A stretch of 63,986 bases of DNA, counting the filler. It is 6 parts of 6 records of this genome, joined end to end, with 100 filler letters (N's around TTAATTAATTAA, not from the genome) between each part and the next. Parts side by side here need not be neighbours in the genome. Positions count along the whole stretch, not along the records: positions 31,602 to 52,328 come from DRR723986_1851; positions 52,429 to 58,867 come from DRR723986_1875; 4 more parts are not named here. The stretch is one strand, 5' to 3'. The notes under the pieces were generated by a model. That model saw nothing but the letters and a program-made list of their open reading frames with translations, was not told the DNA's origin and ran no database searches. Below are positions 50,418 to 58,967 of the stretch, one piece after another; position 1 is the first letter of the stretch; every line of letters begins with the position of its first letter. The position numbers and the translations under genes were made by a program.

Positions 50418-50858
50418 ATGTCGTTGATGCAGTTTTTTGGGTCATTAATTGCCGTCACTGTTGTGGCGTTTATTGCCTCGCGCTTATTTCCCAATAAGCA
50501 GCAGCTTACAAAAGAAAGAGTGATTAACAATGTAGCACGCTATTGCCCTCATATTGATCTAAGCGGCGGTGAGCCGTCGGTTTACATCTCTAATAAAGGC
50601 GATAGTGCTGTTCTTTTATTTCCCAACAAAAATGATGGCATTGCCCTCGTGAGCCAATTGGGCGATAGAGTCGTTGTTCGGGAAATTACAAACATGCATG
50701 AGATAAAAACAGCGATAACATATGCAGGTGTTTCATTTAATATTGGCGACTTCACCCAACCAAAAATACAAATGCAGCTGTCAGAGTTAGAGCGCAACAC
50801 CTTGTTAGCCGCTATTCAAGATCAGTCATTACATTCGAAGAATCTAACCCATGCTTGA
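50418..50858 (+). CDS. Hypothetical protein with N-terminal TM helix
   Basis: ATG after GAGGAG; overlaps the next gene by 8 bp. Confidence 0.6.
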   Translation: MSLMQFFGSLIAVTVVAFIASRLFPNKQQLTKERVINNVARYCPHIDLSGGEPSVYISNKGDSAVLLFPNKNDGIALVSQLGDRVVVREITNMHEIKTAITYAGVSFNIGDFTQPKIQMQLSELERNTLLAAIQDQSLHSKNLTHA

Positions 50859-51783
50859 TTTACCTGCACCAACACAGCTTGCTGTTCCTGCTTTTACCAT
50901 ATTGATTTTGGTGGAAATGATTATTGGGTGGAAGAATGGCCGCGCCCGCTATGAGGGCAAAGACACCATGACATCCATGCTTATGGGGCTAGGCAGCACA
51001 GTTGCAGGCGCGCTTTCTGCCGCATTTTTCATCGGTTTTTCTTATTGGGTTTGGCAAAATTTTGCGATTTTTGACTTAGGCACTGGGCTGTGGGTTTTTG
51101 CATTAGCTTTTGTACTTGATGACCTTGCCTATTACTGGATTCACCGAATGGGCCACCGCATGCGCTGGATGTGGGCGGCGCATGTTATTCATCATTCAAG
51201 TCAACATTATAACCTGTCAACGGCGCTGCGCCAAACATGGACCGGGGCTTTTACTCCCGGCATTCTGTTCAAATTGCCGCTTTTTCTTATTGGCATTGAA
51301 CCCGCCATTGTATTTTTTGTCGCTGGTATAAATTTAATTTACCAATTTTGGATTCACACAGAAGCCATCAACAAAATGCCGGACTGGTTTGAATATATAT
51401 TCAACACACCCAGCCATCACCGGGTTCATCACGCCAACAACCCGCGTTATCTGGATGCTAACTATGCCGGTGTGTTTATGGCGTGGGACCGCATGTTCGG
51501 TTCCTTCATACCAGAAAACAAAGACGAAGCCTGCCGGTACGGCCTTGTGACCGACTTGGGCACCTTTAACCCGTTACGGGTTGCTTTTCACGAATGGCTG
51601 GGCATTTTTAAAGATATCTGGTCAGCAAAACGCTGGAAGGACCGCGTTATGTTTTTACTGGCCCCGCCCGGCTGGACACCCGATGGCAGCCGGATGACAA
51701 GTGATATGATCAGAGATGCCTGGTTGAAACGAGAGCCAGCGCAAAAGCCCCAGGAAATAGCCGAGAAAATACCCGCTGAATAA
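50851..51783 (+). CDS. Fatty acid hydroxylase/sterol desaturase family di-iron enzyme (alkylglycerol monooxygenase-like)
   Basis: His boxes HRMGH, HVIHHSS, WIH and HHRVHH; NLSTALRQ, NYAG..WDR.FG and YGL motifs. Confidence 0.85.
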   Translation: MLDLPAPTQLAVPAFTILILVEMIIGWKNGRARYEGKDTMTSMLMGLGSTVAGALSAAFFIGFSYWVWQNFAIFDLGTGLWVFALAFVLDDLAYYWIHRMGHRMRWMWAAHVIHHSSQHYNLSTALRQTWTGAFTPGILFKLPLFLIGIEPAIVFFVAGINLIYQFWIHTEAINKMPDWFEYIFNTPSHHRVHHANNPRYLDANYAGVFMAWDRMFGSFIPENKDEACRYGLVTDLGTFNPLRVAFHEWLGIFKDIWSAKRWKDRVMFLLAPPGWTPDGSRMTSDMIRDAWLKREPAQKPQEIAEKIPAE

Positions 51784-51793
51784 ACATAAAAAC

Positions 51794-51964
51794 CTAGGGC
51801 TTTGGTGCGTTTTTCTTATCGATACCAAAGCCAATAATACCACCAACAAGCCCCCCGACCAATGCTTCAATGCTGGGGATATACGGCAACCACAAGCCGC
51901 CAACAACACCGCCCAATAAGCCCACAAACACCATAACACCGGTTACAGTAGGTTTCTTTTGCAT
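51794..51964 (-). CDS. 56-aa glycine-zipper two-helix membrane microprotein (below the ORF-track cut-off)
   Basis: MQKKPTVTGVMVFVGLLGGVVGGLWLPYIPSIEALVGGLVGGIIGFGIDKKNAPKP-stop; AAGGAG RBS 7 nt upstream. Confidence 0.7.
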   Translation of the reverse strand: MQKKPTVTGVMVFVGLLGGVVGGLWLPYIPSIEALVGGLVGGIIGFGIDKKNAPKP

Positions 51965-52136
51965 GTTTCTGCTCCTTCAATTGCCCCGTTATAGACAGAA
52001 GCCATGAAGGGTCAATCAAATAACACTTGCGAAATTGCGACATTTTAGCCATTGTCCCGGCAAATTCTGACGCCTTGTAAGGGCTAAACATTTGCGGCCA
52101 GCTTCCCCGCGCCGCGCTATAAGTTGGAGTATATCA

Positions 52137-52328
52137 ATGTCTCAGGAAAAAATCGTAATTGTCGGTATGGCACGCACCCCCATGGGCGGCTTATTGGGCG
52201 ACTTATCTGCCGTTCCCGCCTCAGACTTGGGCGCAACGGCCATTAGTGCAGCCCTTGAAAATGCAGGCGTTGACGGAGAAGCAATAGACGAAACCATTAT
52301 GGGCTGCGTATTGCCCGCAGGCCAAGGC
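52137..52328 (+). CDS. Acetyl-CoA acyltransferase (thiolase), 5' fragment
   Basis: MSQEKIVIVGMARTPMGG...MGCVLPAGQG; GGAG RBS. Confidence 0.88.
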
Positions 52329-52428
52329 NNNNNNNNNNNNNNNNNNNNNNNNNNNNNNNNNNNNNNNNNNNNTTAATTAATTAANNNNNNNNNNNNNNNN
52401 NNNNNNNNNNNNNNNNNNNNNNNNNNNN
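52329..52428. other. Artificial contig spacer
   Basis: N44-TTAATTAATTAA-N44. Confidence 0.98.
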
Positions 52429-52436
52429 TCACGTCA

Positions 52437-52483
52437 CCTCACCCTCTGGCAGAGGTCGGGCTTCCACCCCGGGTAAGGGTTCT
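52437..52483. repeat. REP-like intergenic element, copy 1
   Basis: CCTCACCCTCTGGCAGAGGTCGGGCTTCCACCCCGGGTAAGGGTTCT aligns with 58754-58799. Confidence 0.55.
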
Positions 52484-52504
52484 TATCGGTTTACGCTCGG
52501 CGCA

Positions 52505-53998
52505 CTAAGGCTTCGGGAACTTCTTTTCTGAAAACTTGCTATCTGCCTGGGCGGTGTCGAGCAGGCGGTTGGCTAGGGCGGGGGCGAAACCGCTGGTGAA
52601 CCATACTTGATCGCCATCAATGCGAACGACGTGATAACTATCCGCCGTAAAGACCTCCTCGGTGCAAGCACTAGAGTACTGAATCACCGCCGAGCCCCGT
52701 TGTGACTCCGCACCTTTGACTGTGGTTTGCTTTGCTAGCGAGCGTTGGGATAGCTTAGGACCATCAACGCTTAGATACTCACATATTGCATCGAAGAACT
52801 CCGCTGCGTCTTCATCACTGTCCCAAACACTGCCCATCACCAGGCCAAGCGAATCATCATGAGCGAACACTTCGTAAGCGTCCCCGTCCCAACCCTCGGC
52901 CGCAACGCGACCAAGCTGTGTCTTCTTCAGCAAAACCGAAGTCTGGAGCTCGCCAAGGCAGTTCCGACCAAGCGACTTCCAACCGTCTCCCAGAATCTCA
53001 CCGCTATCGGCAAGTTGGATCGCTTGGGGTGGATCATAGGAATCACCGCGTAGATATTTTTTGGGATGCAGGATTTGTTCTGTACTCGCGGGCGGACGCT
53101 TGTACATCTCGTGGACGCCTTCCCAGCCTTCCTCCGACGCAACGGCCAGAACACACAATAGCCCCTGGAAGTATGGAAATGTCAACGTGTCACGAAATAT
53201 AGCTGGCGCCTTTCTGAACGACTCACCGCCGGCAATGGGCATCAACCAACTCATCAGGTTAAAAGTCGCTCGCATCGCTGCAGGATCCATGTCCTTGACG
53301 TCTGAGTCCTGCATTTCACAGAACATCAGAAGCGTCGCGTCGCCTTCGACTAGGGCGGAGAACGCGTAGGACAAATCGTCATCGTCAACGATCCCGTCTT
53401 CCATGGCATTCAAATCGTAAAGCTGGTCTTGCAAGGCATGGGTCAGCTCGTGTGCCAGAGTCGTCTTCTGTTCATCCTTGTTGAACGGATCGCCCGCAAG
53501 CAAACGCTCTAGCCAACCGGGCTGCTTCTCCGGCGGATCTTCGACAATCAATACCATGCGTTCGTCGTCCGGGTCGTAGAACCCTGCGACTTGTTCGGTT
53601 AACAAGTCGGTGTAAATTTTAGCCGGATCATCGTCTGCCGCGACAAAGCCGAACGCCTTCAGTGCACCGTTAAGTTCTGCCAAATCCTCGTCGGTGAGCT
53701 CTTTGTCGAGCAAGCGCTTCATCTCTTGCCCAAGCTCTTCACGATCGAACATCATCGGTTTGACTGGTCGCGAGAAAGCTTGCCCACGAATGTCAGATAC
53801 GACGTCCGTGTAGGCCGTCGTGTAGTTCTTCAACGCATCTTCGTATCGATATTGGTCTGCCAGCCGGTCGCCGTCGCGAATCAGCTTCTCCACCTGACCT
53901 TCGGAAAGATCTGGCACCTGCCCGAACGCCGCAGGAAATGAAAAGAGTAGAACCACAGCCGCTGCAATGGCGGTCTGGGTTAGCGCAGATGGTTTCAT
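52505..53998 (-). CDS. Secreted acidic protein with a zincin HExxH motif (putative metallopeptidase)
   Basis: Signal peptide, VAGFYDP, LAHELTHALQDQ, ALVEGDA, FPY, STEQILHP and GWDGD motifs. Confidence 0.72.
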   Translation of the reverse strand: MKPSALTQTAIAAAVVLLFSFPAAFGQVPDLSEGQVEKLIRDGDRLADQYRYEDALKNYTTAYTDVVSDIRGQAFSRPVKPMMFDREELGQEMKRLLDKELTDEDLAELNGALKAFGFVAADDDPAKIYTDLLTEQVAGFYDPDDERMVLIVEDPPEKQPGWLERLLAGDPFNKDEQKTTLAHELTHALQDQLYDLNAMEDGIVDDDDLSYAFSALVEGDATLLMFCEMQDSDVKDMDPAAMRATFNLMSWLMPIAGGESFRKAPAIFRDTLTFPYFQGLLCVLAVASEEGWEGVHEMYKRPPASTEQILHPKKYLRGDSYDPPQAIQLADSGEILGDGWKSLGRNCLGELQTSVLLKKTQLGRVAAEGWDGDAYEVFAHDDSLGLVMGSVWDSDEDAAEFFDAICEYLSVDGPKLSQRSLAKQTTVKGAESQRGSAVIQYSSACTEEVFTADSYHVVRIDGDQVWFTSGFAPALANRLLDTAQADSKFSEKKFPKP

Positions 53999-54304
53999 TC
54001 TTGGCTCCGAAAGCGTTGAGTATTAGCCGCATGGATCCCAAGGGCTGTTCTAGTGGCGTCGTACCCTGGCTACTCAATCGCGGTTGATAATTTAGCTGAC
54101 TGTTTGGCGTCCGCGGTGTCGGTCTTTAGTGAATACGCTCTTTGATGAATATCGTAACGCCCAAGGCAACTACCTGCGATACACTCGGTCGCGACTTTCC
54201 GTTACGATGCCTGTACTTATGAGCCGCTTGCCGGGCTCGGTCGAGGCGCTGGCAAGCTAGCACAGAACCATCCCCTTTTCATTTGAATCAGAAGTCGCCG
54301 CAGC

Positions 54305-56749
54305 ATGAGTCAGGATGTCGATTTTGAGCTCCTTGGTGAGTTCTACCTGGGCAAGAAGTTTGATCTGTCCCAGCGGGAAATGCTAAACGACCTGGTGTTG
54401 TACGATTCAAAAGATCTCACGACCCACGCGATGTGCGTCGGCATGACCGGGAGTGGCAAGACGGGACTCTGCCTGTCGCTGCTCGAAGAGGCCGCCATCG
54501 ATGGTGTTCCGGCAATCTGCATTGATCCAAAGGGCGACTTGGGCAACCTCTTGCTTGCCTTTCCCGACTTGGCTCCGGATGATTTTGAACCCTGGGTCGA
54601 GGACTCGGACGCGACACGCAAAGGCATGACGCGAGACGAATATGCCGCGTCGACTGCGGCGAAGTGGCGGGAAGGGCTGGCCAGTTGGGGACAAACGCCG
54701 GACCGAATCAAGCGCTACCGCGACGCCGTGGATGTGAGTATCTACACACCTGGTAGCAACGCCGGGCTCCCGCTAACGGTGCTCAAGAACTTTTCCGCTC
54801 CGCCGCAAGCGGTGTTGGACGATCCAGACATCATGCGGGAACGCGTCGCCGGTGCAGCGAGTGGTTTACTTGCTCTGATGGGTAAAGAGGTCGACCCGCT
54901 CAGTTCGCGTGAGCACATTTTGCTGTCGAACATTCTGGATCGCAGTTGGCGTGATGGCAAAGACTTGGGACTCGCGGATCTGATTCGCAGCATCCAATCG
55001 CCAGGCTTTGACAAGATCGGTGTCTTCGATTTGGAGAGCTTTTTCCCAAGCGACGATCGCTTGAAGTTTTCCATGAGCCTAAATAACTTGCTCGCTAGTC
55101 CGTCCTTCGCTGGGTGGCTAGAGGGTGAGCCGCTCGATATCCAGCGACTGTTGTACACCAAAGAGGGCAAGCCGCGACTAACAATTATTTCCATCGCACA
55201 CTTGAGTGATCCGGAGCGGATGTTCTTCGTCACCATCCTGCTCAACGAGATGCTCTCCTGGATGCGTGCCCAGCCGGGAACCAGCAGCCTTCGAGCGCTG
55301 TTGTATATGGATGAAATCTACGGCTATTTTCCTCCGACTGCGAAACCGCCTAGCAAAACGCCCATGATGATGCTCCTGAAGCAGGCGCGGGCGTTCGGAC
55401 TCGGCGTGGTCTTGGCGACACAGAACCCCGTCGACCTTGACTACAAGGGCTTGAGCAACATTGGAACCTGGTTTCTCGGCCGACTGCAAACACAACGGGA
55501 CAAGGACCGTGTTATCGAAGGGCTCGAAGGTGCTGCCGCTCAGGCTGGTGGCTCGTTCGATCGTGGTGCGATGGAAGAAACACTTGCCGCCCTTGGCAGT
55601 CGAGTGTTCTTGATGAACAACGTGCACGATGACGGCCCCACGATCTTCCATTCGCGATGGGCCATGTCGTTCTTGCGCGGGCCACTAAGCCGGATGCAGA
55701 TCCAGGGGTTAATGGAGAAGCGGAAGCAGTCCGCACCGAAGGCCCAGACCGACAAGCCAGAGAAATTGTCTGCCAAGGAGCAAGGTAAGTCTGACCAGCG
55801 GCCAATTGTGCCAAACGATGTCGAGGAGCGATTCTGGGTTCCCAGCGAGCGACCTCCGGCAGACGGGAAACTGAAGTATCGCCCCGGCCTGCTGCTGCAG
55901 GCTTCTTGCCACTACGTTCGAGTGTCCGCCGATGTCGATGACTGGATCGACCGAACACTACTTTACATACCAAAGGGTAGGCTACCGACCAAACTCTGGA
56001 GCTCCGCCGTAGAAATCGATACAGAGCAGCTCGATTTGGCTTTCGATCCCGAGGAGCAGTATGGGTTTGCTGATGTACCGGCTTCAATGCTGGACGACAA
56101 GCAAATGCGTCGGTGGGAGAAGGACGCTCGCGATCACCTTTACCGTCATGTCCCGATCACAGTCTTTGAGTGCGAAGAACTAGACGTGTTCAGCCGTCCT
56201 GGCCAAGACGAGATTGACGCACGAATCGCATGGAAGCAGCTTGCCCGCGAGGTTCGCGACCGGGAGAAGGAGAAGCTGCGATCCAAATACGCCTCCAAAC
56301 TCAAATCACTTGAAGACAAGATTCGATCCGCCCAACAGCGGCTTGAGCGGGAAAAAGCCCAGTACGACAAGGAAAAGTGGAACACCGTACTCAACTTCGG
56401 GCAAACCGTCCTGAGCGCGTTTCTTGGAAAGAAAGTTTCATCGCGAGGCGCAACGACCGGCCGAAGCCTTGGCCGCGCCGCACAACAACGAACTGACGTC
56501 ACTCACGCCGACGAAAAACTCGAAGATCTCATGGCAGATCGTTTCGACCTCCAATCGGAGTCCGAGACCGCTCTGGCCGAGTTACAATCGCAGTTTAGCG
56601 TCGAAAACCTAACACTGGAACCATTGGAGATCGCGTGCCGCAAGGGTGATTTGAAGGTGCATTATATCGGAATCGTTTGGGTTCCATTTCACCTTGACGC
56701 ATCTGGATTTGCCACGCCGCTGGTCCGCCTGCCAAACCGCAAGGCGTGA
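54305..56749 (+). CDS. HerA/FtsK superfamily (DUF87-like) ATPase with C-terminal coiled coil
   Basis: Walker A GMTGSGKT, IDPKGD, Walker B LLYMDE, arginine finger KQARAFG and LATQNPVD. Confidence 0.82.
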   Translation: MSQDVDFELLGEFYLGKKFDLSQREMLNDLVLYDSKDLTTHAMCVGMTGSGKTGLCLSLLEEAAIDGVPAICIDPKGDLGNLLLAFPDLAPDDFEPWVEDSDATRKGMTRDEYAASTAAKWREGLASWGQTPDRIKRYRDAVDVSIYTPGSNAGLPLTVLKNFSAPPQAVLDDPDIMRERVAGAASGLLALMGKEVDPLSSREHILLSNILDRSWRDGKDLGLADLIRSIQSPGFDKIGVFDLESFFPSDDRLKFSMSLNNLLASPSFAGWLEGEPLDIQRLLYTKEGKPRLTIISIAHLSDPERMFFVTILLNEMLSWMRAQPGTSSLRALLYMDEIYGYFPPTAKPPSKTPMMMLLKQARAFGLGVVLATQNPVDLDYKGLSNIGTWFLGRLQTQRDKDRVIEGLEGAAAQAGGSFDRGAMEETLAALGSRVFLMNNVHDDGPTIFHSRWAMSFLRGPLSRMQIQGLMEKRKQSAPKAQTDKPEKLSAKEQGKSDQRPIVPNDVEERFWVPSERPPADGKLKYRPGLLLQASCHYVRVSADVDDWIDRTLLYIPKGRLPTKLWSSAVEIDTEQLDLAFDPEEQYGFADVPASMLDDKQMRRWEKDARDHLYRHVPITVFECEELDVFSRPGQDEIDARIAWKQLAREVRDREKEKLRSKYASKLKSLEDKIRSAQQRLEREKAQYDKEKWNTVLNFGQTVLSAFLGKKVSSRGATTGRSLGRAAQQRTDVTHADEKLEDLMADRFDLQSESETALAELQSQFSVENLTLEPLEIACRKGDLKVHYIGIVWVPFHLDASGFATPLVRLPNRKA

Positions 56750-56836
56750 ATTCCACCAATGGGCTGCATACCCGCCAAACTGACCTACCCACACTACAGC
56801 TAGCTACATTCCCACCTGAAACCAAGCTTCAATCGC

Positions 56837-58423
56837 ATGTCAGAACCTGCCGCCAACAACAACGAACCGCCAAACTCTGAATCTCCAACGCCGCAGCCAA
56901 GAATTAGCGACGATTGGCTAGCGGTCATCTGTGGGCTTCTGGTCCTAGGAGTAGCTTTTGCGGCCGTGTGGTCCTCGTCAGGCGTCAACGAAGAAGGCGA
57001 GTTTGCGGCGTCAAATCCACTCAAGCCCTACATTGCCAAACCAACCAAATGGACGAACTCGCCCACCGCTGCATTTGCAATCACGCAAGAGCCCGAAGTA
57101 GAAACTAGCGAGGCAGACGCAGCCGGTGAAGCTGCGTCCCAGAAAATTGACTTCAGTCCGACGATCGGCATCCTTGGCAGTCTAGCGATCCTGACCACGC
57201 TCATGTCCGTCGCCATTGCCATTCGAGACGGCGGCAAGAATGTTGGCAAGTTTGCCGCGGCGTTTGTCGGCGTCTTCCTGCTTGCGATGCTTGCCTATGT
57301 TATGGCGGCACAGAGTGTCGTAAAGAGCTACAACCTGGAGTATGCGCTCTGGGCGCTGTTGGTCGGCCTGGTCATTAGCAACACGGTCGGGACGCCTAAG
57401 TTCCTCCGCCCCGCCGTTCAGACCGAATTCTATATCAAGACCGGCCTCGTACTTCTCGGTGCAGGGGTTCTTATGTCGCGTCTGGTTGCCCTTGGTCCGC
57501 CCGGTGCCATCGTCGCCTGGGTCGTCACACCAATCGTGCTGATCAGCACCTACGCATTCGGGCAGTTGGTGCTGAAGATGCAGTCCAAATCGCTCAACAT
57601 GGTCATCTCCGCCGACATGTCCGTCTGCGGCGTCTCTGCGGCGATTGCATCAGCGGCCGCATGCAAAGCGAAGAAAGAGGAATTGTCACTCGCCATCGGC
57701 ATGAGCCTATCATTCACGGTGATCATGATGATCGTTCTCCCGGCAATCATTCAGGCGGTGGGAATGGACGACATGGTTGGCGCGGCGTGGATGGGAGGAA
57801 CAATCGACTCTACCGGAGCGGTCGCAGTAGCTGGAGCAGCGCTTGGCGACAACGGATTGTTCATCGCTGCCACGGTTAAGATGATTCAAAATATTTTGAT
57901 CGGCGTTAGTGCTTTCGGCATTGCGGTTTACTGGGTCGCCAGAGTCGACAAATCACCAGACGCGACCCGTCCGCAAGTCTCCGAGATCTGGCATCGCTTC
58001 CCGAAATTTGTCCTTGGATTCATCGGCGCATCCATCATCTTCTCGTGCATCCACGCCTGGGTGGCCGGAGGTGATGAGATGGTCACCGCTATGGTCAAAG
58101 GTACCTCGAAGACACTCCGTGGCTGGCTCTTTTGCCTAGCATTCGTATGCATTGGACTCGAGTCGCGTATCAAAGATTTACTGCCGTATCTGAAGGGCGG
58201 CAAACCACTTGTGCTTTACCTGTGTGGGCAGTCGCTCAACCTGATCCTAACACTCGTAATGGCTTGGCTGACCTTCGGTTACTTCTTCAAGGACTCCGTC
58301 AGAGAGATTTTGCCGGAACCAGAGGCGGCCGAATCCACCGAAGTCAATTCAACCAACCAGGTTTCACAGGAAAACGACACTTCTGAAGACGTGTCATCGG
58401 AAGATGGTGAATCCAATGAGTAG
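56837..58423 (+). CDS. YeiH/putative sulfate exporter family membrane protein
   Basis: YIKTGLVLLG, SVCGVSAAIA, GGTIDSTGAV, VKMIQN, RFPKFVLGF and F.CIGL motifs. Confidence 0.85.
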   Translation: MSEPAANNNEPPNSESPTPQPRISDDWLAVICGLLVLGVAFAAVWSSSGVNEEGEFAASNPLKPYIAKPTKWTNSPTAAFAITQEPEVETSEADAAGEAASQKIDFSPTIGILGSLAILTTLMSVAIAIRDGGKNVGKFAAAFVGVFLLAMLAYVMAAQSVVKSYNLEYALWALLVGLVISNTVGTPKFLRPAVQTEFYIKTGLVLLGAGVLMSRLVALGPPGAIVAWVVTPIVLISTYAFGQLVLKMQSKSLNMVISADMSVCGVSAAIASAAACKAKKEELSLAIGMSLSFTVIMMIVLPAIIQAVGMDDMVGAAWMGGTIDSTGAVAVAGAALGDNGLFIAATVKMIQNILIGVSAFGIAVYWVARVDKSPDATRPQVSEIWHRFPKFVLGFIGASIIFSCIHAWVAGGDEMVTAMVKGTSKTLRGWLFCLAFVCIGLESRIKDLLPYLKGGKPLVLYLCGQSLNLILTLVMAWLTFGYFFKDSVREILPEPEAAESTEVNSTNQVSQENDTSEDVSSEDGESNE

Positions 58424-58637
58424 CGACGTCGCACCGCGGCGCGGCCTGCTCAGGCTAGGACTATCGGTCGCAGCAATTGGATTCGTTTGGTGCATCGCAT
58501 TGCCTTACATCGGCACGCTTAAGCCTGTTCGCCAGCACGTCGATTTCTTGGACGCTCGGGACATTGACGCAAGCGCCATGTTCTACACCGAACTCGACGC
58601 CATGGACCCGATCTTGGATCACTTGGAATCACGATAG
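58416..58637 (+). CDS. Small hypothetical membrane-anchored protein
   Basis: 73 aa, one TM then IDASAMFYTEL; 8-bp overlap with the YeiH stop. Confidence 0.6.
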   Translation: MSSDVAPRRGLLRLGLSVAAIGFVWCIALPYIGTLKPVRQHVDFLDARDIDASAMFYTELDAMDPILDHLESR

Positions 58638-58753
58638 TCGCGGTGACCGTTGCTACAACCGCGTCGACCAGCACCGTAGTGCAGGCAGCCTGCCTGCAAC
58701 CATAGTCCGTTCTTGCGATGCAACAGCATGTCACCACCAAACATCACGCCCGG

Positions 58754-58799
58754 CCTCTCAACCAGGGAGAGGCCGGGCGTCAGCCCGGGAGAGGGTTCT
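58754..58799. repeat. REP-like intergenic element, copy 2
   Basis: CCTCTCAACCAGGGAGAGGCCGGGCGTCAGCCCGGGAGAGGGTTCT; two hairpins. Confidence 0.55.
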
Positions 58800-58867
58800 G
58801 TGCGCTTTTCCTGGTGTTTCAACTTCAGGTCGTTGTTGTAAGTCTCTCGGTTGCCCAGCCCCCTCCC

Positions 58868-58967
58868 NNNNNNNNNNNNNNNNNNNNNNNNNNNNNNNNN
58901 NNNNNNNNNNNTTAATTAATTAANNNNNNNNNNNNNNNNNNNNNNNNNNNNNNNNNNNNNNNNNNNN
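58868..58967. other. Artificial contig spacer
   Basis: N44-TTAATTAATTAA-N44. Confidence 0.98.
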
